Shown here piece by piece: positions 36,601-50,200 of a stretch of DNA of 64,000 nt. Every line of letters starts with the position of its first letter. Position 1 is the first letter of the stretch. The position numbers and the translations under genes were made by a program. Origin of the DNA: Antedon mediterranea (Eukaryota; Animalia; Echinodermata); NCBI RefSeq assembly GCF_964355755.1, contig NC_092676.1, positions 5,371,888 through 5,435,887 of the forward strand, read 5' to 3'. Under the pieces are notes generated by a model that had not been told where the DNA came from, searched no databases, and saw nothing but the letters and a program-made list of their open reading frames with translations.

Positions 36601-39400
36601 TTGGTAATTGTTGATTATTGATCTTATTGATTGGTTGTATTGATTATTTGTATTATTGGTAATTGCTGATTATTAATACCTGTATTATTGAAAGATGTAT
36701 TGATTAATGTTGATTATTGGTTATTGCTGATTATTGGTTATTGCTGATTACTGATATTGATTAGTTGTATTGACTATTATTGATTTTTTGTATTATTGAA
36801 TATTATTGACATTATTGATTATTATTGATTAATCTTGCAGCTCCTGATGCTCACAGTAATTTGGATTTAAATCGATACCACATGGAAAAGGTTGTACTAA
36901 AGGATTTAACCGACAAACCATTAGGACCAGTGGTGAGCAAACATTTAATGAAACAAAACACTAAAAATTAGTGCTTTATTTTCCTATGCATCCTGTAATG
37001 TAAATGAAGTACATAGACGTGGTTGTGCTTGGTGGGGAGGTATGGGGTTACTGTACACTATCTGTAAAACTATAGTTATCCTACCTAGCCTCAATTGGTA
37101 GCCTAACTCTTTTTTTACCCTAAAATATTTTAATACTATTTTATCAAAGTGTAACTACCCCTCCCCCTTTCCCCATCTCCCACAAAAAAAAAATAAATGG
37201 TTTAAATTGTCAATGTATGTACTGTAATTAATATTGCATAGAGTGGCATTGCTGTGCTGTATATGTGGGCATTGGTTCAAATCTGTTTGCTGGTCTCTTT
37301 ACATGGTCTCTGCTAATCTAAATTTCCTCAGTGTCCAGTTAAGCGTGGTTCCCACTAGCGACGCAACGCAAGGACGTAACGCAACACAAGTGAATTGACC
37401 AATCACAAGCGATGGCTTATTCGCTTGTGATTGCTAACTGTCTATAACTTCGCTTGTCATTGGTTAAAACGCTTGCGTTGCGTTTACGTCGTTGCGTTAC
37501 GTTCTAGTGGGAACCAAGCTTTAACCTCGAGGACCAAGAATAACACATTTAACATTTAACAGACCAATACACATGATAACAAAACAATATCTTTCCATGT
37601 CATTTAGTCAGTCACCATAAAATATCGCAATATCGCTTGAATTGGCTTTACTACCTACATTGCTTTCAAAAGGTTAAATGAAAATGAGAGATCCTTAGCA
37701 ACAATAAATCATAAGGTAGTGGATAAATTACTGGCTTAATCCTCGAGGCATTTAACAAGTTTACCTTACAAATGCAATTATATTGTTAATTATCTACGAT
37801 ACGTGGATTGTACAGCTAGATAATGGGCTTAGTTTCCACTGCAGTTCAAAATAATAATTCAGTACAAACAATATTAGCAAACATTGTTTAGTGACATAAT
37901 GGCTTGGTCATTTGCCGGCTTGCTTGTTTCTTTAGAATTCTAGGTTCAAGCATTCTTCTAGTACCATGATGATTGTGAATTAACAAGTAGATTAATAATA
38001 TAATAGGCACAAACTTCCCTGTGAGTGATGATGATACACTTAAAATTGATACATATTTTAACAAGGAAGGTGAGGGAATCTGAGAATGATAAGCCACCCT
38101 CAACTAAGATTCAAACCCAGAATATTATGCTCGACATCCGACCACTGGTTAATTCCAAAGGGATAGTGACTCTTTAGTAGAACAACACTAGTTTGCGATT
38201 GTACGCACACTCAACAGAGATCAAATTCACCCTCATAGTACATTAATTTACAAGGCTAGATCTCAGATATTATTATTTTTTGCAATCCATTTTATTTTAC
38301 TTGTTTAATGCAATGGTTGCCTCATTTTATTTACAAATATAATTTAATAAATGACATAAATTGCACAAAAAAAGCAAGCAAATTATTGTCTTGTTTTTAC
38401 GATGTCAATATATTTGTACTTGTGAGCCTATTACAGGTGACTGCTTGTATATATCCCCAAGCTGTATTTGATACCATAATGTAATTTTGTGATTAATTAC
38501 TTTGTTCGTAGGTGGATGTTTTAAAAGCGCTGTGCACTCATATTGATAACTCATCTGCTACGGCCGAATCGTTTCTTGTCGACGTCTCAGACACATCACT
38601 TACTAAAGACGAACTCAAGGTTAGTTACGATTGTTGATTTCTTTAAAAACTAAACCCATCCCATTCTGTGCCTAATTATATTCACTTAGGGAGGGGTCTG
38701 CTTTTGGTGCAAAATTTAACTGGTTTGATTTTTCGGTGACTGGGATTAAAAATAGTTTGACAAAAATATATGATGTGTCAAAATATGGTAGTGATATGAC
38801 GTCATTATGTCCATATATGGGCACATCACATTTTAATGTCGCAAAAAGTTTGATAGTGTAGACAGAGCTTTAAGAACCATGTCAAAATTATTTTACTGCA
38901 GTTACTGCAGCAGTTGCTAGTTACATTTTGTTTACTCATTAGTAAGTTTTTTTGGTAATCATACACACTGTGTATAGCAGTGACTGCCTCATAAAACTTC
39001 TATTCTACATTAATAACTAATCATACATGTTGTAGTGAAAAAATTCATTTATCGCAGTAGAACAATTTTGACATTGTTCCTAATAACTTACAAGTGCTTT
39101 TGTAGATTTACCGTATGTATTATGAAATATTATGCTATAAATTTCATTTATTTATTACAGTCTGATCATAAAGTGATCAACTTTATTCAAGACGAGAACA
39201 CGCTTCTAGATCGGTTCATCTTTGTCGGCACAAATTCCCAAAACAATAAGAAATCACGCAAGTGTAGCGCGTACATGGAGAACTTCAAAGCTGCGTGTTC
39301 AACCGAGAACGAAGTGTGTCTGTTTCCGATGGACATGGACACGAATATCTGCAAGGGAATAGCTTTCTGTATGGCGGAGTTGAGAGACTTAAAGGAGTAG
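18676..39400 (+). CDS. Adenylate-kinase-fold (AK5-like) protein with N-terminal MGCGNS acylation motif, 8 exons, 409 aa
   Basis: Exons 18676-18796, 21316-21476, 25957-26133, 31758-31895, 35737-35929, 36841-36932, 38512-38619, 39161-39400. All are GT-AG and in phase, total 1230 nt. IVFVFGGPGSKKG P-loop-like motif, LFIIDFVPN at the DGFPR position, and FLNYFRNEGRLASVDVS resembling the AK C-terminal segment. Confidence 0.88.
24588..24949. mobile_element. MITE family 2 (ttaa-AGATGTATTGTCCCC...GGGGACAATACATCT-ttaa), Kolobok-like
   Basis: TIRs with TTAA flanks and AG..CT termini. Other copies at ~27175-27484, 27897-28183, 28420-28753, 40786-41046 and a half copy at 11385-11524. The superfamily is inferred from the termini only. 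Confidence 0.8.
26256..26392. mobile_element. MITE family 1 (TIR aaagctctgtctacactatcaaac), representative copy
   Basis: ttaaagctctgtctacac...gtgtagacagagctttaa. Other copies at ~2102-2232, 7531-7678, 12735-12988 (composite), 38752-38873, 48346-48549 and 54170-54310. Confidence 0.85.
30889..31190 (+). mobile_element. tRNA-derived SINE with CORE-like middle and L2-like tail
   Basis: ggcgtgtggtgcagtg...tcgaatcc head, ggcaagatact...tgcctctctccacccaggtgtattaaatgggtacc core, tgtaaagcgcctttga...gcgctttagaaatg(att)n tail. Confidence 0.7.
31978..32255. mobile_element. MITE with ~25-bp imperfect TIRs
   Basis: atagggaccttacgaaacacgatggg / cccgtcatgtttcgtgaagtccctaat. Confidence 0.6.
33400..34262. repeat. 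Degenerate AT-rich tandem repeat, ~90-130 bp units
   Basis: Recurring aatgatcaaaatatttcattttaaatttaaatggttaaatatgagctaatcgagaagctaattgg. Confidence 0.8.
34290..34465 (+). mobile_element. Diverged copy of the family B hammerhead element with a single 68-bp unit
   Basis: TTGCA-CTGAAGA...GGAAGCTT-TGCAA, then ttctggctgttttacttcatcgttttgatttagc...ctccattgagatc...attgtcattttttcagtaatttg, the reverse complement of 8390-8556. Confidence 0.75.
37339..37524. mobile_element. MITE family 3 (aagcgtggttcccactag...ctagtgggaaccaagctt), Harbinger-like
   Basis: Near-palindromic ~185-bp element. Other copies at ~20625-20781, 32570-32781, 45474-45625 and a degraded one at 35478-35613. Confidence 0.85.
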
Positions 39401-41845
39401 TACTTGAACCGGCAAATGTTATGGTTCGATCATTACTTATGCATTTCATGTTTATAAATTTTCGGCTTCTATATAAAGCCATCATTTTGTCTTGATATTT
39501 ATCTATAAATAAACTTGTTTTTATTCAAAATCTTCCAAATTTCTATAGTTTTAGCAACATTATCGTGTAATTAACTAGTGTGAATCGGCCTTATACACGT
39601 GGAACAGCATGCTACTTGTACAGTGATTGTTGTAAGTGTGAAACGGCCTTGATATACTGTACACTGAATTAATGACATGTTATATTTATACAATTATTTG
39701 TTGGTGATGTTTTCAATTTAAAGTTTGGAAAAAATACAGGTAGATTTAGTTAGAACAACTCAATAGTAGTCATTCTACTGCAGTAACTCCAGTAACTACA
39801 TTTTTTTGCAAAAAAAAGTTTATGCAATTATTTACAAGCGTTTTTGGAGATAATCATACACACTGTTTATTTCAATGACTGCCTATTAAAAAACGTCTAC
39901 ATTAAAACAAAGCAATTACTGTACATACGTTTAACTGCAGTAACAAATCTAGTTACTGCAGTAAATGTGTGTATTTTTTCAGTGGATGCACTTTGGTGAA
40001 TTGGAATCACTGGTTTTACATACAGTAAGCCAGCTTGTGTGTGCATGTGTGTGAACGGGTGTGTTGTTGATAAGTCTGAATATTTACATTTTTACCTCTA
40101 ATAATAAGCATCTGACATATTATATGTAGAAAAATTACTTAAAATATAGATTATTCAACTCATACAGGAAATATATAACTAAATATTTATGTTTTACAAG
40201 AAAAAAGTACTCTTTTTATTGTTAATATTAAATATAATACGTTTTTTTTAAATGTATTCTGTTTAAGCTTAAACAACCTTACAAACAATTCATTGTAATA
40301 ACATTTTAGTTTTTTTTTTTATTGTCTTTACAATTTTGTTGTTGCAAAGAATCTTAATTTAATAAGTGCAATATTTTTATGGACGTTACATATACAACCC
40401 ATTTTAGTTAACAAAAATATATTAAACAAACAAGACAATCCCACCGAAACTTTATGCATTTTAACAAAAACAAAGCTAATGTCTTAATCATATCATATTG
40501 TTAGCACTAGTTTATTAATTATTATATTTGGGTATGGTATATTGTGGATATTATATTTGATTTATTGTGATAAGCGATGATTTTTGTTGGCCTAAGGTTT
40601 TCATTTTAATGAAAATACAATAACACTAAGTACAGTAAATTATACAGTATTCACAGTATTGTGTTTAAGGTTGAGGGATTTTTTTTATTTTAGTGGGGTA
40701 AAACCCTGGCCACATTAGAGAGTTTTTTTTATATTACTTATTAGCAAGTATGTTAAAAACATACATGTATTCAGTATTATATAGTTTAAAGATGTATTGT
40801 CGCCCAAAAACATGAAAAATGAAGGTTAATTAAATCAGACTTTGAATATGTTATTTTGTAGTTTAAATAAATGGTTAAATCCAACCAAAAATCCATTGGC
40901 TGGCAGCCAATTTGACCATTTTTTGCTTTCAGGTAAATACATTTTTCTTCGAACCAATTTTTGGTCAAAGTGGATAACTATTATGTTACATTAAAATTGA
41001 ATATTCAACAAAAATTATTTTTTTCAGGGGGACAATACATCTTTAATTAATTAGCTAGTTTGTGTGTGTCCATAGTAGAGGCATATTTTGTTAAACTTTA
41101 TTAAAATCATTTAATGATAAATATATTTATACTTATCTAGTCATACTATATCTTTATTGTATATATCTCCTAAATAATTAGTTTAGACATTTTGTATTAA
41201 TTCAAATATAGCAAATGTACAGTATATTCAAAATATTATATGATATTGTTTTTATTCATTTGTACAGTCTATAGCTTTATGTATATTTAGGTTTAATTGT
41301 AGATTGTTCAGTGTATATTTATACTTATGTTATTATAGTATTTAATTTCTTTTTTTTTTACAATGGTACAGCCTTTATGTGGGTTATAGCATTGTTCTTA
41401 ATATATTTAACTCATAGTTAATTGTGCATGTGAAGATTTACATTTAGAAATGTATTAATTTAAAATGAAATTGAGCACTTGACACACGACAAATATTTGG
41501 CCGTCCATCCATAGAGTGTAAAGTTTTAGTTGGTATACAGTACCCACTGCAAAAGGTCAAATAGCCTCCTTTGTGACGATTTGGATCACTGCAGAGTAGT
41601 GAAAACAAAATTTGAAATGGCTTTGACCGGAGCCATATATACAAGGTCACGACATCCAGTAGTCATGTGATGTCTGTCGGGTATTTTGCGTCAAGCATAT
41701 GGTCTGATCGGACGATTATCATAGATTGTGCGCTTAACACGAAATGCCTAATTGGTTAACGTATAAAGGATTTATAGATTATACGTTGGAATCCCAGTTG
41801 TAACAAAATTATTTTCCACACATTTTGTCTGCCAGCATAGTACCA

Positions 41846-42345
41846 CCCCTCCCCCTGCCCCAGGTCTTGAACACATATGCAACTGATATTACATTTGATC
41901 TGCCTGTGTTCATGCTAGCAATATGCCATCTACATCTCTACTCTAATCTAAAACCCCTCCCCCTGCCCCAGGTCTTAAACACAACCATATGCAACTGATA
42001 TTACATTTGATCTGCCTGTGTTCATGCTAGCAATATGCCATCTACATCTCTACTCTAATCTAAAACCCCTCCCCCTGCCCCAGGTCTTAAACACAACCAT
42101 ATGCAACTGATATTACATTTGATCTGCCTGTGTTCATGCTAGCAATATGCCATCTACATCTCTACTCTAATCTAAAACCCCTCCCCCTGCCCCAGGTCTT
42201 AAACACAACCATATGCAACTGATATTACATTTGATCTGCCTGTGTTCATGCTAGCAATATGCCATCTACATCTCTACTCTAATCTAAAACCCCTCCCCCT
42301 GCCCCAGGTCTTAAACACAACCATATGCAACTGTTAATACAGTTA
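41846..42345. repeat. 112-bp tandem repeat, about 4.4 copies
   Basis: ctaaaacccctccccctgccccagg at ~41948, 42060, 42172 and 42284, nearly identical. Confidence 0.95.
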
Positions 42346-42964
42346 ATCTGCCTGTGTACTATATAAACAGATGCTAGTGTATCATCAACTGATTTTAAAT
42401 AGTCTAAGTGCCTCTAAAGACAACAGTACAAGGGCATTATCATTTACTCCAAGTACATACAATTTACTACACTCGTGTTTCTTTGTATTAAAAACCTTCC
42501 TGTATTACGCATCACTGCACTATGTGATCAGGTATTTATTATTAGAATTGCAAACCACTTTATATATATTATATTTTTTTTTTTGCATACATACATTTAG
42601 TGTAACTTTAACAACACAGTAAAGCATTTTATTCTCCCAGCCATAGTTACACATTTTTTTTTACAAATTCCATTTTTTTGTGTTTAGGTACATTATCATT
42701 CCAATATGCTTAGTATAATGTAAAGGGGAACTTTTAAAATTGCAGGATTTTTGTAGTTAAAATGTCCACCGAGTATTTTTATACTACTTTCTATTCATTA
42801 CCATACATTTTTAAAATCTACAAATCATTTGAGCAACTTTGATTATATTGATAACATTTATTAATAACCTCTATAACCCAACAAGAAGTTCCCCCCCCCC
42901 CCCCCTCATTAATAAATATCTTTAATAAAGGTGTCCCAAAGTAGGGATTCTACTGACATATTAC

Positions 42965-43738
42965 CTACAATAAAACCTCTATTAAGGGGACCAACCCAAC
43001 ATTCGGGACCAAACAAAGAGCTCTTTTAATAAGGGTCTCCCTTTACTCTAGGCATTGATATAGTTAAACATATATTTCCCCTTATTACTTTCACATAAGC
43101 ATGTCCCCTGAATAGAGGTTCCCCTTGAATAGAGGTTCCCCCTGAAAAGAGGTGTTCACTGAATAGAGATGTCCCCTGAATAAAGGTGTCCCCTGAATAG
43201 ATGTGTCCCTTGAATAGAGGGTCCCTTGAATAAAGGTTTCCCGCTGAATAAAGGTGTCCCCTGAATAGATGTGTCCCCTGAATAGATGTGTCCCTTGAAT
43301 AGAGGTTTCCTGCTGAATAAAGGTGTCCCCTGAATAGAAATGTCCCCTGAATAGAGGGTCCCTTGAATAGAGATGTCCACTGAATAGAGATGTCACCTGA
43401 ATAAAGGTGTCCCCTGAATAGATGTGTCCCTTGAATAGATGGTCCCTTGAATAGAGATGTCCCCTGAATAAAGGTGTCCCCTGAATAGATGTGTCCCTTG
43501 AATAGATGTGTCCCTTGAATAGAGGGTCCCTTGAATAGAGGTTCCCCCTGAAAAGAGGTGTTCACTGAATAGAGATGTCCCCTGAATAGATGTGTCCCTT
43601 GAATAGAGGGTCCCTTGAACAGAGATGTCCCCTGAATAAAGGTGTCACCTGAATAATTGTGTTCCTTGAATAGAGGGTCCCTTGAATAGAGGTTTCCCGC
43701 TGAATAAAGGTGTCCCCTGAATAGAGATGTCCCACTAT
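42965..43738. repeat. Tc1/pogo-like MITE family 5 with a large expansion of a 17-18 bp subrepeat (tgtcccctgaatagag)
   Basis: Left end tacaataaaacctctattaaggggac, array at 43100-43735. Unexpanded relatives at ~14815-15250, 20455-21030, 24370-24530, 26550-26632, 32928-33040 and 61060-61364 (ending gttccactgta). Confidence 0.75.
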
Positions 43739-45829
43739 AAATTTAATTTTTTCATGAATTGTGTACGAAAATAGAGGTTTATAAAAATAAGGTTGTTCAC
43801 CCAATATTGTAAACGTTAATGTTAGAATTCCAGCTATAGCACGAAAGAGAATGTAATATTACGTTGGCTTTTGATACAGCCCTGGGGATTTATAGTGTTG
43901 TAGAATACAATTAGAATGGATAATACTAATGACCACTACTTGGTGCTATGATGCGTGGTTTGTAATGTAATACTTGAGCAATACTCAACAAGATGCAAAC
44001 ATTATTTTATGACAACATCGTGAAGAAATGAATATATATTTCTTCATAATGCATTGAAATTTCATATTTGTTATTATAGTAATATATGGTTAAACTTGTA
44101 TTGGAAAATCTTTAAAAGAACCTCCGACCTTTTTGACCACTAATGGTCTTTATATAAAATTTTGTTTAAATTGGTAGTAAGAGCATATACAGAATATTTT
44201 CTTTTCTGTAAAATGGTGGTTGTTTAATTTTTTTACTGTATATTGTAATTAAGTTTTGGTACTATTATAATTATATCATCCCAGGTTTTCTTACCCATTA
44301 TAAGTCTACCCATGGCCACGCCCAAAACACGTCCTTCTTCCTACCCCTATTTTACATTTCTCTTGCCTAGTTCAGTTCAGTTATCAGGCAAAGTCTATAA
44401 TACAGTGTAACATGTTCATCACATACGTTGAGGGTTTTTAGGTGACGATTCCTATGATACAGGCATCACATGTGAAAGATATGAGATGCTGTATCATAGA
44501 ATATGCCCGATACTGTACAGATACAGTACCACCAAGAATCGGTACCATTTGCCAACCTATTGCCCAGCCCTTGTAGTCAACTTGATGCACATTGTCAGAA
44601 CTTTCTAGTTTTCAAATTTGTTTTGTGTTTAATTTGTTATTTGCCGTTTGAAAATACTTTTAAAAAGTAATAAATTATACTGAAATAAAACTGTATGTTG
44701 AAGTGTTTCTTTTCATCATTTGTGGTAGTTTTTGCATATTATGATCATTGTTACAGTTTGAGTTATATGGAGATCAAAGAGAATCAAACAACAGAAAAAG
44801 AGGTTACAGTTTGCTGGACACTGCAAAAGGTACAAGTGAAAAGTAGTGCCGTAGCTGGTAATCTTGAGACCAACACAGGGCATAAGATCAATGCGAATAT
44901 TGTGTGATTCCCTACAATTTGTGACGTTTTGTAAAATAAAGAGACCAGGTCATTCCTTGTCTTAAATGTACGTTTTATGGTAAATTATGATAAAAGAGAG
45001 AAACAATGCACTACCTACAGTAAGTAGCTCGAGGCGAATGACCTCTCGTGGATGGTCTTTAGCCTAGCCTAGTTAGGCTTAGTTTTGTAGGCCTAAGCTG
45101 GTAAACATCGGAAACGTACGAACATTGTACGCTAGCTATAGGCCTGTATAGTTGCTGCATTAATTGTTTTTTCCAAATTCCAATGATACAAGTTGGGGAA
45201 AACCCGGTATTTTCGCTGACAATTTCAGGGGAGTCTTCCATTTGTTTTGGTCTCACAATCGATCGAAATGTGAGTGAATTACAGAATAAAAACAAAAATA
45301 TCAATCTGTGTACAATGCATGTTGAGATTTATGATTAGACTCAACTTATTTTTCACAGTTTTAACCGTTTAAAGACGAAAAATAGATAGGACCATAAAGT
45401 ATTGATTTTATTTTTACATTAAATGTAGTTTGTGACCATAAATTAGATCTAAAAAACGTAGCGAATGGGACTTAAGCTTGGTTCCCACTAAAGACACAAC
45501 GCAACGTAAGTGATTTGACCAATCACAAGCGATGGGTTATTCGAACAGTGGCTTGTCATTGGTCAACTTGCTTGCGCTGCACGTACGTTCTAGCCGTTGT
45601 GTCTCTAGTGGGAACCACACTTTAACTGCAATAAAGATACAGACTGTTGGAAGAACAGACAGAGGATAGGAAGGAATGGAAAAGGGCCATCATTGAAGTT
45701 CGTCAACAGATGCTGAATAGTCATTGCTAAAAATGAGTTATTTTATGGACTGTCCATGAGTTATGATTAATATTGACCTTTAGAAAGGTCAGATTTTGAC
45801 AACATTCAAAACTTTCCTCTTTATTTTGC

Positions 45830-47218
45830 TCTATATATTTCGCAAAATATCCATTTCCATCCATTTCGTTCTGATAACAAAGTTGAGAAACAAAATCATC
45901 CAGGTTCTATTATCTATGTGTGTCTTGCATCGGTTGATGGTCCCTGAATACGTTCTCAATTGTATTGCGCAATATATCCATTTCGTCCTGATGACAAACA
46001 AGACCATCCAGCAGTTTTTATTATTTATGTATTTTGTCTTGCATCCCTGACTACAATTCTCAATTGTATTTCTCAATATATCCATTTTGTCTTGATAACA
46101 AAGTTGACAAACTAGACCATCCAGCAGTTTTTATTATTTATGTGTGTCTTGCATTGGATGATGGTCCCTGAATACGTTCTCAATTGTGTTGCGCAATATA
46201 TCCATTTCGTCCTGATGACAAACAAGACCATCCAGCAGTTTTTATTATTTATGTATTTTGTCTTGCATCCCTGACTACAATTCTCAATTGTATTTCTCAA
46301 TATATCCATTTTGTCTTGATAACAAAGTTGACAAACTAGACCATCCAGCAGTTTTTATTATTTATGTATTTTGTCTTGCATTGGTTGATGGTCCTTGACT
46401 ACAATTCTCAATTGTATTTCTCAATATATCCATTTTGTCTTGATAACAAAGTTGACAAACTAGACCATCCAGCAGTTTTTATTATTTATGTATTTTGTCT
46501 TGCATTGGTTGATGGTCCTTGACTACATTTCTCAATTGTATTTCGCAATATATCCATTTCGTCTTGATAACAAAGTTGACAAACTAGACCATCCAGCAGT
46601 TTTTATTATTTATGTATTTTGTCTTGCATTGGTTGATGGTCCTTGACTACATTTCTCAATTGTATTTCGCAATATATCCATTTCATCTTGATAACAAAGT
46701 TGACAAACTAGACCATCCAGCAGTTCTATTATTTACGTATTTTGTCTTGCATTGGATGGTGGTCCTTGACTACATTTCTCAATTGTATTGCGCAATATAT
46801 CCATTTCATCTTGATAACAAAGTTGACAAACTAGACCATCCAGCAGTTCTATTATTTACATATTTTGTCTTGCATTGGATGATGGTCCTTGACTACATTT
46901 CTCAATTGTATTGCGCAATATATCCATTTCATCCTGATAACAAAGTTGACAAACTAGACCATCGAGGAGTTCTATTATTTACGTATTTTGTCTTGCATCG
47001 GTTGATGGTCCTTGACTACATTTCTCAATTGTATTTCGCAATATATCCATTTCGTCTTGATAACAAAGTTGACAAACTAGACCATCGAGGAGTTCTATTA
47101 TTTACGTATTTTGTCTTGCATCGGATGGTGGTCCTTGAATACATTCTCAATTGTATTGCGCAATATATCCATTTCGTCTTGATAACACAGTTCAGAAACT
47201 AAACCATCGAGGAGTTCG
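45830..47218. repeat. 123-bp tandem array (~11 units, some internally deleted) overlapping the MTRF1L C-terminal coding sequence and stop
   Basis: The motif tttcrtcttgataac recurs at 46681, 46804, 46927, 47050 and 47172. The rightmost unit is the coding end of MTRF1L. Confidence 0.93.
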
Positions 47219-50200
47219 CCGCCGTTAAGAAATCCCTCAACGTCGAATGTATTCATTGAAATTCTATGATCCGTTATGCGATCTTGATTAAAGTTGTACG
47301 TGCGTATCTTCTCAGACCGCCCGGATGTTCCAACTTGCTGGGTACGCATCTGTTTCTCTTTCGATTCTTGCTCTTCCAGTTGTTTTTTGTAGATGCGGGC
47401 ATGGAGCATCGTCATGGCGATATGTCGGTTCTTGTGTTGTGACCGTTCTTGCTGACTTTCAGCAGATATTCCTATGAAGTATATAAACACATTTAGTAAT
47501 ATAATTGTATATTAAAATTATATACTACTATAAATCCAAAATTACTGACAAAATGACAATGCTGTGGGTATCAGTGGCTGGATCTCAATAGAGATACAAA
47601 ATAAAATAAGCACTGAAAAAAATGACAATGCTGTGGGTATCAGTGGCTGGATCTCAATGGAGATGCAAAATAAAATAAGCATTGAAAAAAATGACAATGC
47701 TGTGGGTATTAGTGACTGGATCTCAATAGAGATGCAAAATAAAATAAGCACTGAAAAAAATGACAATGCTGTGGGTATCAGTGGCTGGTTCTCAATGGAG
47801 ATGCAAAATGAAATAAGCAATGAAAAAATGACAATGCTGTGGGTATCAGTGGCTGGTTCTCAATGGAGATGCAAAATGAAATAAGCAATGAAAAATGACA
47901 ATGCTGTGGGTATCAGTGGCTGGATCTCAATGGAGATGCAAAATAAAATAAGAAAAAAGCTAAATCAAAATGGTAAAGTAAAACAGCAAGAAAAATAGCA
48001 GAGCTTTTGGGCAACAAAAGCTTTTCATCAGTGCAAGTGAGAGTAGGTGGACAAAATAAGAATAGAATAATAAAATACATATATAATTTTATCGTTCTGA
48101 AACTTGAGTTTGAGTCGCTATTTTGAATCGGACAAAACATTAATTCGCATTTTACTTCGAACAGAACGGTAACATTTGGATTGTCTCGGTAATAGTTGTA
48201 GCCATTAACTAAAGTAACCAAGATTTGTGAAATCATTTGTTGATCACACTATGCTACAGTAGAAGTACATACATTTAACAGTAATACTGGCCCACACTCT
48301 TTTCATTGGACTTTCAAACTCGGGTAAAACAGCTTGTTCATATTCCAGCTTTGTCTACACTATCAAACTAGTTTGACAAAAAAGTGTGATGTGCCCAAAT
48401 ATGGTAGTGATATGCTTAAATATGGTAGTGATATGCTTAAATATGGTAGTGATATGCTTAAATATGGTAGTGATATGACATCATCATGTCCATATATGGG
48501 CACATCACATTTTTTTTGTTACATAAAGTTTGATAGTATAGACAGAGCAAAGTTCACTGTATACCAATATATCCATGCTTCCTGAGTTTGAAGTTGGAAA
48601 AACACTTACAAAGATAAACAAAAATTTTCAAAACTATTTAAATACAATCAGAATATTATTATAATACATATTATCATCAGACGAACGGCAAAGTTGATTA
48701 GGCTACCTGTAGGTATGTGAACAATTCTAACGGCGCTATCCGTCGTATTAACATGCTGCCCTCCTGCCCCACTAGCTTTCTTCGTTTCGATGCGAAGATC
48801 TTTTGCATCCAATTGAAGATCAATCTAAAAGGGAAAAATAGAATGATAAGTATTATTTGGTTTTTTAGGATCTGTATAGTTATTAGTTATTTACCCGGGT
48901 AAGTTTTCTTCATGGACCAATTATGGATATTTTTGGTGGTATGGGTAGATCACCAACTTATCCGGGTTAATAATTAAGCCTGAACGCACTCATACTGTTG
49001 GCTCTCCATCCATTATGGTCAGAATTTACAATGTTGCCTCTAAAATGGACAGCTTAAAAAATATATCTTTATCATTTAAGTAGTTCCATCAAAAACTTAC
49101 TCCAGGAATTTTAGCACATTTATCCCAGTAAAATCCTAATTATTTGGATGTCATCCATTACTCCCACAATCCCTTCCTCCTTGGGGATGGTTCAACTTTA
49201 GTTTAAAGCATCATGTTGATAATGGACCCCCGACTCTTAATGGGAGTGACTGTTTCAACCCTTTCCAGTACAAATGCTGTCATTTTGACACTCTGTGTGT
49301 ATGTAATCGCGCAGTAACAAAAAGTTGTATAAAAAACAATCGTACAATATTATAAATTATATATATATTATATATTATATTATGATAAAAACAAACGTAA
49401 AGAACTGCAAGGACTGTATTGTTAACCTTTTTTTACAACTAAATTTAGTTCCTAGCAATTTAATCTAACATGATTCACAGTGGGCTTAAAAAGCAAGTAC
49501 ATTAACTTAACCGCAAGGAAAAAGGTGAATTAATGTAGGCCATTCATGTGTTTATCTGTCAGAAAATAATATGAAATGAGCTCAACATTTAATACTGGTT
49601 AATAGAGATAATGGATCATAGGCTTAGGGAACTGTCCGTTAGGTGATTAATCTTGATACATACATGTACCACAAAATGTAGTAACAACCTCACAGTAAAA
49701 AAATATCTTATGGTTGATACAGGTATCTGAGAGAAGATTAACTTGTAAAAGGAGTGAATTGAATTAGAGAAGACTGACATACTGTAGAGATTAACTTATA
49801 AAGGAGTGAAGTGAGTGGACTGAATTAGAAAAGACTGACACAGATATTAACTTATAAAAGAGTGAAAGGAGTGGACTGAATTAGAAAAGACTGACATAGA
49901 GATTAACTTATAAAGGAGCGGACTGAATTAGAAAGAACTGACAAGAGATTAACTTATAAAAGAGTGAATTGGAGTGGACTGAATTAGAAAAGACTGACAG
50001 AGATTAACTTATAAAGGAGTGGACTGAATTAGAAAAGACTGACATAGAGATTAACTTATAAAGGAGTGGACTGAATTAGAAAGAACTGACAAGAGAATAA
50101 CTTATAAAAGAGTGAATTGGAGTGGACTGAATTAGAAAAGACTGACAGAGATTAACTTATAAAGGAGTGAATTGGAGTGAACTGAATTAGAAAAGACTGA

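Noticed and set aside
43026-43804. Overlapping repetitive ORFs (up to 179 aa)
   Set aside because: Stop-poor strand of a MITE-derived minisatellite, open in several frames.
46612-47202. 196-aa plus-strand ORF with 41-aa repeats
   Set aside because: It is the antisense reading of the 123-bp array, whose unit length is a multiple of 3. There is no independent sign of coding.
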